DNA of 34,137 nucleotides from a virus (lineage: Duplodnaviria; Caudoviricetes): IMG/VR virus record IMGVR_UViG_3300043579_000150, positions 1 through 34,137 of that record, one strand, 5' to 3'. The number at the start of each line of letters is the position of its first letter. Within the stretch, counting starts at the first letter, position 1. The position numbers and the translations under genes were made by a program. Positions 33,658 through 34,137 of this stretch are shown here, piece after piece. The notes below the pieces were generated by a model that was given only the letters and a program-made list of their open reading frames with translations, was not told the origin of the DNA and ran no database searches.

Positions 33658-34137
33658 GAAGTTTTGTAATGAAACATTGGAGCTTTCTTTATCTCTTTAG
33701 ATTCATTTGCGAAACTCCTTAGAAAATTCTCCCATTGTATCTTTCGCAAATCCCAAGAATAAAAAAGGTCCACATAACTTTTTTGACCCATGAGTTTTGA
33801 GTCGTCTTTGTAATTATCAGAAAGAACGTGATCAATAACGTCTTTCAGAACGCCATAGAAAGTTCTTGCATGACCGTTAGCATCTTCATGAAACTGATAC
33901 ATTTGAGTCCAGTTCGCAGCTGTTTCAGGAAGAGCACCAAAGTTTGGATGGACACACATCAATCCAGCACTCATTGCTTCCATCAAACAAATACAACTTG
34001 TTTCTGGCCAAATAGAAGGATAAGCAAAGACATGAGCATTCGTTAGAGCTTCGCGAACATCTTCATTGGAAACAGACCCATGATAAGTCATTTGAGGATG
34101 ATTGCGAACCTTATTGAAAAGTTCTTCAAATGGCTTG
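33654..34137 (-). CDS. Glycosyltransferase family 4 (GT-B), 5'-truncated by the window edge
   Basis: AYPSIWPETSCICLMEAMSAG (Ex7E) and GALPET; frame stays open to the window end (KPFEELFNKVRNHPQ). Confidence 0.88.
   Translation of the reverse strand, partial: KPFEELFNKVRNHPQMTYHGSVSNEDVREALTNAHVFAYPSIWPETSCICLMEAMSAGLMCVHPNFGALPETAANWTQMYQFHEDANGHARTFYGVLKDVIDHVLSDNYKDDSKLMGQKSYVDLFYSWDLRKIQWENFLRSFANESKEIKKAPMFHYKTS

Overview
A 34-kb segment of a large T4-like myophage genome. The left part (1-14.3 kb) is a divergent virion module: split gp5, gp27-like hub, gp53, gp48 on the minus strand; gp4, gp2, gp54-like, gp26, a small gp51-like ORF, a 1312-aa tape-measure-like protein and a three-domain cell-wall hydrolase on the plus strand. 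CTAAATA late-promoter-like motifs drive it. The right part is mostly minus-strand early/middle genes: gp32, gp59, gp33, PhoH, PD-(D/E)xK exonuclease, HExxH peptidase, DUF932, SPFH, PRTase-like, HNH-AP2 endonuclease, a truncated GT4 and many small hypotheticals. It also has a lone plus-strand hns and two tRNAs (CAU, Asn-GUU). CTTGAC-N17-CTATGT promoters, GTTC-N7-GTTC boxes and the short H-NS suggest an alphaproteobacterial host (inference). The most unusual signals are: an 89-nt CCA-ending tRNA-like RNA whose anticodon loop is replaced by a GNRA hairpin; four LexA-type half-sites at exact 11-bp spacing; a slippery gp26/gp51 junction resembling the lambda G/GT frameshift; and gp5 split into three in-frame genes with no lysozyme. 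All calls come from motif recognition by eye; no searches were run.
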